Position numbers and translations under genes: made by a program. The notes under the pieces were generated by a model. It was given only the letters and a program-made list of their open reading frames with translations, was not told where the DNA came from and made no database searches. A DNA stretch of 64,000 bases, from NCBI RefSeq assembly GCF_009914755.1, contig NC_060927.1; one strand, written 5' to 3'. Positions within the stretch are counted from its first letter, which is position 1. Every line of letters starts with the position of its first letter. This DNA is from the human T2T-CHM13v2.0 reference genome, Homo sapiens. This document shows positions 11,730-32,112 of the stretch, piece after piece.

Positions 11730-14011
11730 GAGGTGAAGCAAGATGGTGGAGTAGAAGGTTGCACTAATTGTCCCTCATGTAGGAACATCAAATTTAACAA
11801 GTATCTACACAAAAAAGTACATTCATAAAAACTAAAAATCAAGTAAGCACCACATAGTACCTGATTTTAATTTCATATTTCTGAAAGAGGCACTGAAAAG
11901 GGCAGGAAAGTGTCTTGAATTGCTGATGTTACCCCTTCCCAAACTCCTGGCAGCAGCTACATGGCATGGAAAATCTGTGCACTTGGGTAGAGAGAACACA
12001 GCAATTTGGGGACTTTGCATTGAACTCAGTGCTGCCCTCTCACAGAAGAAAACAGAACCGAACTGTATATAGCTGATACCTGCCCACAAAGAAAGCATTT
12101 GGACTGGCCCTAGCCAGAGGGAAATTGCCCATCCCAAAAAAACTTAAGTTCTAGAAAGTCTTGCCACTGTGGGTTGAAATGCACTGGGGCCCTAAATAAA
12201 CTTGAAACGAAGTCTAGGCCACAAGGACTGCAACTCCTAGGTGAGTCCTAGCACTAAGCTGGGCTCAGAGCCAGTGGACTAGGGGAGCACATGACCTTAC
12301 TATCAGCCAGGGCAGCTAAGGGAATGCATATACCACCCCTCACCCAACTGCAGGCTGTACAGCTCACAGTTCCAAAAGAAACTCCATCCTTCCTCCTGGG
12401 AGAAGAGAGAATTTTGTCTTGCATTTTGGGTACCAGCTCAGACACGAGGATGGGGCACTGGGCAGTCATGAGGCCCTAGCTCTCAGACATTTCTAGACAT
12501 ACCCTAGGCCAGAAGTGAACCCACTGCCTTGAAGGTCCCATCACCTGCTGACTAAGAAGCCCTTGGGAACTGAATAACCAGCAGTGATACCCAGGTAGTA
12601 CTCTGTGAGTCTTGGGGAGACTCTCAACCATGCTGGCTTCAGGCGAGACACAGCATATTCCCAGCTGTGGTGGCTATGGTGAGAGGCTCCATCTCCTTGA
12701 GAAAAGCAGAGGGAAAAGTAAAGGGGACTTTGGCTTGCATCTTAGGTACTAGCTCAGCCACAATGGGGTAGAGTACCAGTTGGGCTCTTAAGAATCCTGA
12801 TTCCAGGCCTTGGTTCTTGGATGGCATTTCTAAACCCATGCTGGGCCAGAGGGAAGCCCACTACTCTGAAAAGTGAGTCCCAGCCTGGCACCATTCACCA
12901 CAAGCTTCCTGAAGAGCCCATGCACCTTACGTCAACACTGGTGGATGCCTGGCAGTACTTTCCGTGGGCCTGTGGTGGTAGCGGCCACAGGGTCAGGTTC
13001 CTTTGCCTGTGTAAAGAGGAGGGAAGAATGGGAAGGACTATGTCTTGTTGTTTGAGTGCCAGCTCAACAGCAGTACAAGAGAACACCAAGTAGATGTCTA
13101 AGGTTTTTTACTCCAGTCCCTGGTTCCTGGACAACATCTCTGGACCCACCTGGCACCTGAGGTAACTCACTGACCTGAAAACAAGAACTCAAGCTTGACT
13201 AGCTTTGCCGCTTGCCACCTGCTGATTGTACAGCCCTAGGGCCTTGAGCGAACATAAGCAGTAGCAAGGGAGTGATTACAGCAAGCCTTGGGCAAGATCC
13301 AGTGCTGTATTGGCTTCAAGTATGATGCACTGCAGCAGTCCCAGTGGTGATGGCCACAGGGGTGCTTCTGTCATCCCACTCCCAGCTCCAGGAAGCTCAG
13401 CACAGAGAGAGAGAGAGAGACTGTTTATTTCAGAGAAAGAGAAGAGAACAAGAGTCTCTACCTGGTAATCCAGAGAATCCATCTGGATGTTATCCAAGAC
13501 TGCCAAGGTAGCACCTCGATGACTCTACAAGAACCACAATGTTACTGAGCTCAAGGTGCCCCCTAATGTAGATATGGCTTAGGTCATAGTACCCAAATCC
13601 TTTTGATTACAGGGAAAACCTTTCTGAAAAGGATGGGTACAAATAAGCCCAGACTGTGAAGACTACAATAAATACCTAAGCCTTCTGCCCAGACGCCAAA
13701 GAACATCTACAAGCATCAACACCATCTGGGAAAACATGACCTCAACAAACAAGCTAAATAAGGCACCAGGGACCAATCCTGGAGAAACAGAGATATGTAA
13801 CTATTCAGACAGAGAATTCAAAATAACTGTGTTGAGGAAATTCAAAGAAATTCAAGATTTCTTTGAAGGAATTCAGAATTCTATCACAGAGATAGAGAAG
13901 GAATTCAGAATTCTATCACATAAATTTAACAAAGAGATTGAAATAATTAAAATAAGCACACATTCTGGAGCTGAAAAATGAAACTGAAATGTTAAGAAAC
14001 ACATCAGAGCC

Positions 14012-14284
<273 letters not shown>

Positions 14285-15012
14285 TAATGGCAGAATAAAT
14301 CAAGCAGAAGAATGAATTAGTAAGCTTGAAGACAGACTATTTGAAAATATACAGTCAGAAGAGACAAAAGAAAAAAGAATAAAAAATAACGAAGCACACC
14401 TACAGGATCTAGAAAATAGTTTCAAAAGGGTAAATCTAAGAGTTATTGGCGTTAAAGAGGAGCTAGAGAAAGACATAGGCATAGAAAGTTCACTCAAAGG
14501 GATAATAACAGAAAAGTTCCTAAACCTAGAGAAAGATATCAATATCAGAGTACAAGAAGATTATAAAACACCAAGCAAAGAAGACTACCTCAAGGAGGTA
14601 ATAAATAGTAATCAAACTCCCAAAGGTCAAGTATAAAGGATCCTAAAAGCAGCAAGAGAAAAGAAACAAATAAATACAATGGAGCTCCAATACATCTGGC
14701 AGCAGACTTTTCAGTGGAAACCTTACAGGTCTGGAGAAAGTGACACAAATTTAAAATGCCAAAGGAAAAAAACTTTTACCCTAGAATAGTATATCTGGCA
14801 AAAATGTCTTTCAAACATGAAGGAAAAATAAAGACTTTCCCCGACAAACAAAAGCTGAAGGACTTCATCAATACCAGACCTGGTTCTATAAGAAATTCTA
14901 ATGGGAGTACTTCAGTCAGAAATAAAAGAATGTTAATGAGCAATAAGAAATCATCTGAAAGGGCCGGCAGTGCCAAGATGGCCAACTAGAAGCAGCTGCG
15001 TTTGGAGGCTCC

Positions 15013-15407
15013 TGTTATGCGCGTTCGTATAAGAGACGAACTGAGCAGACTTAGTGTGAGAAACAAGGCTGTTTATTCACTTGGGTGCAAGTGGGCTGAG
15101 TCCGAGAAAGGGGTCTGCAAAGGGTGGTGGGATTATCATTGGTTCCTACAGGTTTCAGATAGGCAGTGGAGTCAGGAGCAATTTTTTAAGGGCAGGGGAT
15201 GGACGTTACAAAGTATATTCACAAGGGCGGGGAGGAATGTTAAAAAGTACATTCACAAGGGCGGGACGGTGTATTGTCACAAGGGCAGGGAGGAATCTTA
15301 CAAAGTACATTCACAGGGATGGGGAATATCACAAAGTACATTATCACAAGGGCGGGGGAATGTCACGATGGCCTGACCATGGTGCGGCCAGCTCAGAGGA
15401 CTTTACA
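15013..15407 (-). mobile_element. MER48-like (HERV-H/F-related) solo LTR inserted in the L1PA8 5'UTR
   Basis: 395 bp. The reverse strand begins TGTAAAGTCCTCTGAGCTGGCCGCACCATGGTC; LTR7-like U5; perfect 5-bp TSD GCTCC (15008-15012 and 15408-15412). Confidence 0.8.
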
Positions 15408-17817
15408 GCTCCCATCAAAAAAAATCATAATACGCCTGTGAATCCTTCACCGGCAACCAAGGTATCCAGGTTCTCTCATCAAAATTGAGTAGAAGGCTGG
15501 CATGACCCACGGAGAGAAGGGAGAGCAGTGTGGTGCTGCAGCCTACCTGAGAGCCACGTGGGGAAGGGGAACCACCTCTCCCCAGCCAAGGGAGGCGGTG
15601 AGTGAGCATGCTACCCAGCTGGGGAAACCGTGCAACCCACAGATCAGAAGACCCCGCTCGCGAACCCATGCCACCGGGGCCTAGCGTCCCAGTCCTGGAA
15701 TGCGTGGATTCTTACAGCTTTTCAGCTGGAATCTGCTTAAGCCTACCAAACTCCTGTGGGGAGGGGCGACCAGCACCGGCTGCTGCTGCCTGCTCTCTAA
15801 GCTGTTTGAGCTCCTCGAGGGAGGGGCAGCAGCCAGCACTGGGACTCACAACTGCCTAACATGCTCCCTGCGTGGGAGAAGAGTGACACCCATTTCTATA
15901 GCTCCAGGCTGCGCTTTTCCGCTGCTGGAGCCAGGGAGGCTGGACGGCTTGGTCCCAATACTTGTCCCCACAGCCTAACACATTGGCTATGGCAGTCAGC
16001 AGCCAGAGTGCCTCTTCAGGTCTAACCCTGACCCATCCTTCCTCAGTGGGCGGGGCTTCCCTGCAGGATCTCCAGTAACTCCAGCCAGAGGCTCAGGGAC
16101 AGAATTCAGATCTCCCTGGGCCTGAGCCCCTAAGGGGAGGGATGGCTGCAGTCTCTGCAGACCAGCAAGCTTAGCTGATCCTCCTGGTGGTTCTGAGGAA
16201 TCCAGGCAGCCCAGACAAGTGGGTTTCCCCCCACAAAACACACCCTCTCCACCAAGGGACAAAGTGCTTCATTAAACGAGTCCTGCTCCCTGTACCACCC
16301 AACTGGGTGAGGCACTCCAACAGGGGTTGTCAGATACTCTATATAGGAACGATCCTACTGGCATCAGGGTGGTGCCCCTTGAGGTCAGAGGTCCCAGAAG
16401 AAGGAGGAGGCACCAATCTTGGCTGCTCTCCAGACTCCTTGAATGACATCTCCAGGCACGGGAGCAAATCAGATAAGGCCTGAAGCAAATCCCCAGCAAA
16501 CTGCAGCAGCCCTAAAGAAGAGGGACCTGACTATTGAAAGAAAAACAAGCAGAAAGCGACAACAACAGCATCAACAACAACAACAACAAAAAGGCATCTA
16601 CAAAAACCCCATCCAAGGGTCAGCAGCCTCAAAGTCCAAAACTAGACAAACTCACAAAGATAAGAATCAATGAAAAAATGCTGAAAACCCAAAAGGTCAG
16701 AGTGCCTCTTCTCCTCCAAATGATTGCAATGTCTCTCCATCAAGGGCACAGAACTGGATGGAGGATCAGATGAAAGAATTGACAGAAGTAGGCTTTGGAA
16801 GATGGGTACTAAAAAACTATGATGAGTTAAAGAAGCATGTTCTAACCCAATGCAAAGAAGCTAAGAACCTTGATAAAAAGTTAGAGGAATTGCTAACTAG
16901 AATAGCCAGTTTAGAGAGGAACATAAATGACCTGATGGAGCTGCAAAACACAGCACAAGAATTTCATGAAGAATACACAAGTATCAACAGCTGAATCAAC
17001 CAAGCGGAAGAAAGGATATCAGTGTGAAGACCACCTTACTGAAATAAGACATGCAGACAAGAATTAAAAAAAAAAATGAAAAGGAATGAAAAAAGCCTCC
17101 AAGAAATATGGGACTTCATAAAATGACCAAATCTACGATTGATTGGAGTACCAGGAGACAGGGAGAATGGAAACAAGATGGAAAACACACTTCAGCATAT
17201 GATCCAGGAAGATTTCCCAGGATATGATCTCCTGGGAAGATCCAGGAGAACTTCCCCAACTTTGCCAACATGCAAATTCAGGAAATACAGAGAACACCAT
17301 TAAGATAGTCCACGAGAAGATCAACCCCAAGACACACAATCATCAGATTCTCCAAAGTCGAAATGAAGGAAAAACTGTTAAGGGCAGCCAGAGAGAAAGG
17401 CCAGGTCACCTACAAAGGGAAGCCCATCAGACTAACAGCAGACCTCTCAGCAGAAACTCTACAAGCCAGAAGAGATTGGGAGCCAATATTTGACATTCTT
17501 AAAGAAAACAGTTTTCAACCCAGAATTTCATATCCAGCCAAATGAAGCTTCATAAGCAAAGGATAAATAAAATCCTTTCTAGACAAGCAAATGCTAAGGG
17601 ATTTCATTACCAGCAGGCCTGCCCTGCAAGAGCTCCTGAAAGAAACATTAACTATGGAAAGGAAAAGCCGGTACCAGCCACTGCAAAAACACACCAAAAT
17701 ATAAAAACTAATGACACATGAAGAAACTGCATCAACTAGTGTGCAAAACAACCAAAGAGCATCATGATGACATGATCAAACTCCAAACGTAACAATACTA
17801 ACCTCAAATGTAACTGG

Positions 17818-18169
<352 letters not shown>

Positions 18170-19403
18170 CTAAATGCCCTAATTAAAAGACACAGACTGG
18201 CAAAAAAGGAGTCAAGACCCATTGGCGTGCCGTATTCAGGAGAAGCATCTTATGTGCAAAGACACACACAGGCTCAAAATAAAGGGATGCAGGGAAATTT
18301 GCCAAACAAATAAAAAGAAAAAAAAAGCAGGGTTGCAATCCTAGTCTCTGACAAAACAGATTTTAAACCAAAAAAGATCAAAAAAGACAAAGAAGGGTAT
18401 TACATAATGGTAAAGGGAACAATTCAACAAGAAAAGCTAACTATTCTGAATATATAGGAGTGTAAATTAGTTCAACCATTGTGGAAGAGAGTATGGCAAT
18501 TCCTCAAGAATCTAGAACCAGAAATACCATTTGACCCAGCAATCCCATTACTGGGTGTATTCCCAAAGGAATATAAATCATTCTACTATAAAGACATATG
18601 CACATGTATTTTTATTGCACCACTATTTACAATAGCCAGGACATGGAACCAACCCAAATTCCCATCAATGACAGGCTGGATAAAGAAAATGTGGACATAT
18701 ACACTATGGAATACTATGAAGCCATAAAAAATGAGATCGTGTCCTTTGCAGGGACATGGATGAAACTGAAAGCCCTCATCCTCAGCAAAGTAGCGCAGGA
18801 ACAGAAAACCAAACACCGCATATTCTCACTCGTAAGTGGGAGGTGAACATTGAGAAAACATGGACACAGAGAGGGGAACAACAACACCAGGGCCTGTTGT
18901 GGGGTGGGGGTGAGGGGAGAGAACTTAGAGGATGAGTCAATAGGTGCAGCAAACCACCATGGCACACGTATACCTATGTACCAAACCAGCCCGTTCTGCA
19001 TACATGTATACATGTATCCCGTTTCTTTTTTAGAAGAAATAAAGAAAAATAAATCATCTAAAGGTATAAAATTCACTGGTGATAGTAAGTACACGGAAAA
19101 ATACACAGAATATTATAACACTATAACTGGGGTATGTAAACTACTCTTATGTAGAAAGACTAAAAGATGAACAAATCAAAAATCATTACTAAAATATGAG
19201 CCATTTGAAAATAATAATTTTTCAAAAAATAGTACTATAAGATATAAATAGAAACAACAAAAAGTTAAAAAGCAGGGGGATGAAGTTAAGGTGTAGAGTT
19301 TTTATTAGTTTTTGTTTGTTTTCTTATTCAAACAGTGTTAAGTTGCTATAAACTTAAAATAACTGATTATAAGATAGTATTTGCAAGCCTCATGGTAACC
19401 TCA

Positions 19404-19740
<337 letters not shown>

Positions 19741-19817
19741 TAATTAAAAAAATTAAAGCAAGAAATTAAATCATACCACCAGAGAAAATCACCTTCACTA
19801 AAAAGAAGACAGAAAGG

Positions 19818-25960
<6,143 letters not shown>

Positions 25961-28137
25961 AAAAAGAAGACAGAAAGGAAAGAAAGAAGGAAGAGAAGAC
26001 TACAAAACAACCAGAAAATAAATAACAAAACAGCAGGAATCAGTTCTTGTTTATCAATAATAATGTTGAATGTAAAGGGACTTAACTCCTCAATAAAAAA
26101 GACATACAGTGGCTGAATGAATAAAAAGAAAAACATGACCCAATGATCTGTTGCCAATAAGAAACACACTTCACCTATGAAGGCACACATAGACTGAAAA
26201 TTAAGGGATGGAAAAGGATATTCCATGTCTATGGAAATCAAACAAAGAGCAGGAGTAGCTATATTTATATCAGACAAAATAGATTTCAAGACAAAAACTA
26301 TAAAAAGAGACAAAGAAGGTCACTATATAAAGATAAAGGGATCAATTCAGCAAAAGTATATAACAATCATAAATACATATGCACCTAACATGGGAGCACT
26401 CATATGTTATTAGAGGTAAAGAAGGAAATAAACCCCAGTACATTAATAGCTGAAGATTTCAACACCCCGCTTTCAGCATTGGACAGATCTTCCAAACAGA
26501 AAATCAACAAAGAAACTTCAGATCTTTGTCTGCAGATCCAGATATAATCTTGTATTTGGAAAAACCTCGGGACTCCACAAAAAAAAACTATTAGAACTGA
26601 TAAACAAATTTAGTAAAGATGCAAAATACAAAATCAACATACAAAAGCCAGTAGCATTTCTATGTGCCAACAGCAAGCAATCTGAAAAAGAAATCAAGAA
26701 AGTAATGCCATTTACAATAACTAAAAATAAAATTATGTGCCTAGGAATTAATTAAAGTGAAAGATCTCTACAATAAAAGCTATAAGACACTGATGAAAGA
26801 AATTGAGGAGGACACCAAAAAGTGGAAAGATATTCCATGTTCATGGATTAAAAGAATCATTATTTTTTAAATGTCCATACTACCCAAAGCAATCTATAGA
26901 TGTAATGCAATCCCTATCAAAATACCAATTATATTCTTCACAGAAATAAAAAAAAAATCCTCAAATTTATATGGAACAACAAAAGATCCAGAATAGCCAA
27001 AGCTATCCTAAGCAAAAAGAAAAGTGGAGGAATCACATTACCTGTCTTCAAATTATACTAAAGATCTATAATAATCAAGATGGCATGATACTGGCATAAA
27101 AACAGACACATAGACCAGAGGAACAGAATAGAAAACCCAGAAGTAAATCTATACATCTACAATGAATTCATTTTTGACAAAGTTTCCAAGAACATACATT
27201 GCGGAAAGGACAGTCTCTTCAATAAATGATGCAGGGAAAATTGGATAGCCATATACAGGAGAATGAAACTGGACTCCTATCTCTCACCATATAAAAGAAT
27301 CAAATCAAAATTAAAGACAAATCTAAGACTACAAACTATGAAACTACCAAAAGAAAACTTTGGGGAAACTCTCCAGTACATTGGGCTGAGCAGAGTTCTT
27401 AAGTAATATCCCACAGGCACAGGAAACCAAAGCAAAAATGGACAAATTGGATAACATCAAGTTAAAAAGCTTTTGCACAGCCAAAGAAACAATGAAGTGA
27501 ATAGACAACCCATAAAATGAGAGAAAATATTTTCAAACTACCCATCTGACAAGGGATTAATAACCAGAATATATGAGGCACGCAAACAACTCTATTGGAA
27601 AAAATCTGATAATCCAATCAAAAATGGGCAAAAGATCCAAATACACATTTCTCAAAAGAAGACATACAAATGGCAAACTGGCATATGAAAAAGTGCACAA
27701 CATCATTGATCATCAGAGAAATGCAAATCAAAACTACAATGAGGTGACATCTCACCCCAGTTAAAATGGTTTTTATCCAAAAGACAGGCAACATTGAATG
27801 CTGGTGAGGATGTGAAGAGAAAAGAACCCTTGTAGACTGTTGGTGAGAATGTAAATTATTTTCACTATGGAGAAAAGTTTGGAGGTTCCTCAACAAAAAA
27901 AAAAAAAAAACTAAAAATTGAGCTACCATATGATCCACAATCCCACTGTTGGGTATTTACCCAAAAGGAAGGAAATCAGTATGTCAAAGAGATATCTTCA
28001 CTCCCATGTTTATTGCTGCACTATTCACAATAGCCAATATTTGGAAGCAACCTGAGTGTCCATCAACAGATTAATGGATTTTTTAAATGTGGTATATATA
28101 TACAATGGAGTACCACTTAGCCATAAAAAACGAATGG

Positions 28138-28430
<293 letters not shown>

Positions 28431-29091
28431 ATGGGATCCTGTCATTTGCAACAACCTGGATGGAACTGGAGATCATAATGTTAAGTGAAATAAACCAGGC
28501 ACAGAAAGACAAATTTCACATGTTCTCGCTTATTTGTGGGAGCTAGAAATAAAAACAATTGAACTCATGGAGCTAGAGAGTAGAAGGATGGTTAACAGAG
28601 GCTGGGAAGTGTAGTGGGGAATTGGGGGAAAGTGGGGATGGTAAAGGAGAACAAAAGCACAGAAGGAATGAATAAGACCTAGTATTTGCTAGCACAACAG
28701 GGTTAGTATAGAAAAAAAATTAATTCTACATTTTACAATAACTAAAAAAGTGTAATTGGATTGTTTAAGACACAAAGATAAATGCTTGAGGTGACAGATA
28801 CCCCATTTACCCTTATCTGATTATTACACATTGCATACTTGTATCAAAATATCTCATTTAACCCATAGATATATACACCTACTATATAACCAAAAAATAT
28901 ATATAAATAAAAATGAAAAAATAGTTTATATATTTCCCGGTAAATAAAAACGGACACAATCACTATCAAACGATCCTGCCATATAAAATACTAAAATGAG
29001 TCCTTCAGGCCAGAATGAAAGCATACTTGATGGTAATTCAAATCCATGTAAAGAATAAAGAGCAACAGTAAAGATAAGTACATTAGGTATT

Positions 29092-29448
29092 TGATATGGT
29101 TTGGCTGTGTCCCCACTCAAATCTCATCTTGTAGCTCCCATAATTCCCACGTGTTGTAGGAGGTACCCGGTGGGAAATAATTGAATCACGGGGGTGGATC
29201 TTTTCTGTGCTGTTCTCATGAATAAGTCTCATGAGATCTGATGGTTTTAAAAACAAGAGTTTCCCTGCACAAGCTCTCTCTTTTTGCCTGCTGTCATCCA
29301 TGTAAGACGTGACTTGCTCTTCCTTGCCTTCTGCCATGAGTGTGAGACCTCCCCAGTCACAACTCTAAGTCCATTAAACCTCTTTATTTTGTAAACTGCC
29401 CAGTCTCGGGTATGTCTTTATCAGCAGTGTGAAAAATGGACTAATATA
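29092..29448 (+). mobile_element. THE1 solo LTR
   Basis: tgatatggtttggctgtgtcccc...ggactaatata, perfect TSD GTATT. Confidence 0.92.
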
Positions 29449-30496
29449 GTATTATAAAAGATGTTATAAACACACTTTTCTATCTAACTCTTTCCTTCTC
29501 CTACCTGTTTTAAAAGATAACAGCATAAATCAATTACAATAGCTGTGTGAATGGGTTTATAATCTGTAAAGATGTAATTTGTATGAAAATAATAATACAA
29601 AGAATGGTGACGGGAACATAGTATACTGGAGCAAAGTTTTTGTATAATACTGAAGTTACGTTAGTATAAATCCAAACAAGATTATTTTAAGCTAAGATTA
29701 AACTAACTGTAATATCCAGATAAATCAGAAAGAAAATAACTCCAAAAATAGTAAAATAAACAGCAATCAAATTTAAAAGGTACACTAGGAAATATCTATT
29801 TAACACAATAAAAGAAAGACTTGAGGAACAAAAAATATATGACATATATAAAATAATAAAATAAAACATGTATATCCTACTTATAAATCAAAAGGCAGAG
29901 ATAGTCAGAATGGACCCTCCCCCCAAAAAAACCAACTATAACACTACGTATATACTGTCTACAAGAGACAAACTTTAGATCAAAAGACACAAATAGGTTG
30001 AAAGTAAAAAGATTTTTTAAAATATGCCATGCATGAAGTAATCAAAGAGAGCTGGAGTGGCTATACTATGAGACAAAATAGATTTTAGGACAAAAATTGT
30101 TACTTGAAAAAGTACATTTTATAATGATAAGAAGGTCAATCTATCAGGTATATATAATGATTATAAACACATATAGCCCTAACAACAGAACCCCAAAAAT
30201 ATGTGAAGCAAAAACTTACAGAATTGAAGTGAGATATGGATAATTCAAGAATATAGTTGGAGATGTCAATACTCCACTTTCAATAATAGAATCAACTAAG
30301 CAGAAGATCAACCAAGAAAGAGAAGACTTAACTAACACTATAAATCAACTAGACCTAACAGACTTCTAGAGAACATTCCGCCCAACCGCAGCAGAATATA
30401 CATTCTTTTAAGTGCACATGAACATTATCCAAGATAAACCATATGTTATACCATAAAACAAGCCTCAGTAAATTTTAAAAGATTAAAATCATACAA

Positions 30497-30798
30497 GGCC
30501 AGACACAGTGGCTCATGCCTGTAATCCTAGCACTTTGGGAGGCCGAGGAGGGTGGATCACCTGAGGTCAGGAGTTCGAGACCAGTCTGGCTAACATGGCG
30601 AAACCCCATCTCTACTAAAAATACAAAAATTAGCCAGGCATGGTGGCACATGCCTGTAATTCCAGCTACTCAGGAGGCTGAGGCAGGAAAATTGCTTGAC
30701 CCAGGAGGCAGAGGTTGCAGTGAGCCGAGACCATGCCATTGCACTCCAGCCTGGGCCACAGGAGACTCTGTCTCATTAAAAAAAAAAAAAAAAAAAAA
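30497..30798 (+). mobile_element. AluS
   Basis: Dimeric Alu with polyA. Confidence 0.92.
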
Positions 30799-31730
30799 TA
30801 CAAAATATATTCTGCAATCACAGTGAAATTAAAAGATAAATCAACAGAAAAAATTTAGAAAAATCAGAAATATGTGGAAATTAAACAACACATTCTTAAT
30901 TAACCAATGGATTAAAGAAGAAATCACAAAAGAAATTAGAAAATACTTTGAGATAAATCCAAATGAAAACACAACATACTAAAACTTATGGGATACAGGA
31001 AAGCAATGCTTAGAGGAAAATTTATTGCTATAGAGGCCTATATTTTAAAAGCAACAAAGGTCCCAAATCAATAGCCTAATTTTCCACCTTAAAAAACTAT
31101 AAAAAAGAGTAAACTATACCCACACCAAGCAGAAGGAATGAAATAATAAAGATTAGAGAGATGTTAATATAATGGAGAATATAAAATGAGAATATAAAAA
31201 TGACAGAAAAATAATTTAAAGGTTGTTTTTTCAAAATATCAACAAAATTGAAAAGCTTTTAACTAGGTTGACCACATTAAAAAAAGACTCAAATAACTAA
31301 AATAAGTAATGAAAAAAGGGACATTACAATATAGATTATCTATATTATCTAATATATTAGATACATTAGATAAAATATCTAATATATATTTCTAATATCT
31401 ATATATCTAATATAGATATATATTATCTAATACAAATGGGCACATTCTCAGAAAGGCTTAAATATCAAAACTACTGTGCTATCATGTTTATTGCAGTATT
31501 ATTGTGAATAAATAGCCAAGATATGGAAATAACCTAAGTATCCATCAACATAACTCTCAGGACGGAAAAGTGGCTATAAAGAGGGCATTCCTCAAAAACA
31601 TTGAAAGGCAACCTGCTGGCATCTGGGTAAAAAGACTAAAATCATGGTTAAATAACGGACACACTGAAAGTTTGGGAGGAAAAGCTGGGGAGAGAGATTA
31701 TTTGAATAATTAGTGTATCAAAAAGTTTCT

Positions 31731-32112
<382 letters not shown>

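Larger units (their letters stand above)
28909..31470 (+). mobile_element. Continuation of the outer ancient L1M (ORF1 end, inter-ORF region, ORF2 EN region)
   Basis: Resumes the ORF1 C-terminal signature (tttccc..taaataaaaac..cctgcc..aaaatactaaa..gagtccttcaggc), then degenerate ORF2. Confidence 0.7.

Noticed and set aside
15200-15360. Repeat-spacer-like array (CRISPR-like appearance)
   Set aside because: Degenerate tandem repeats inside an ERV LTR in a mammalian genome; no unique spacers and no cas genes.
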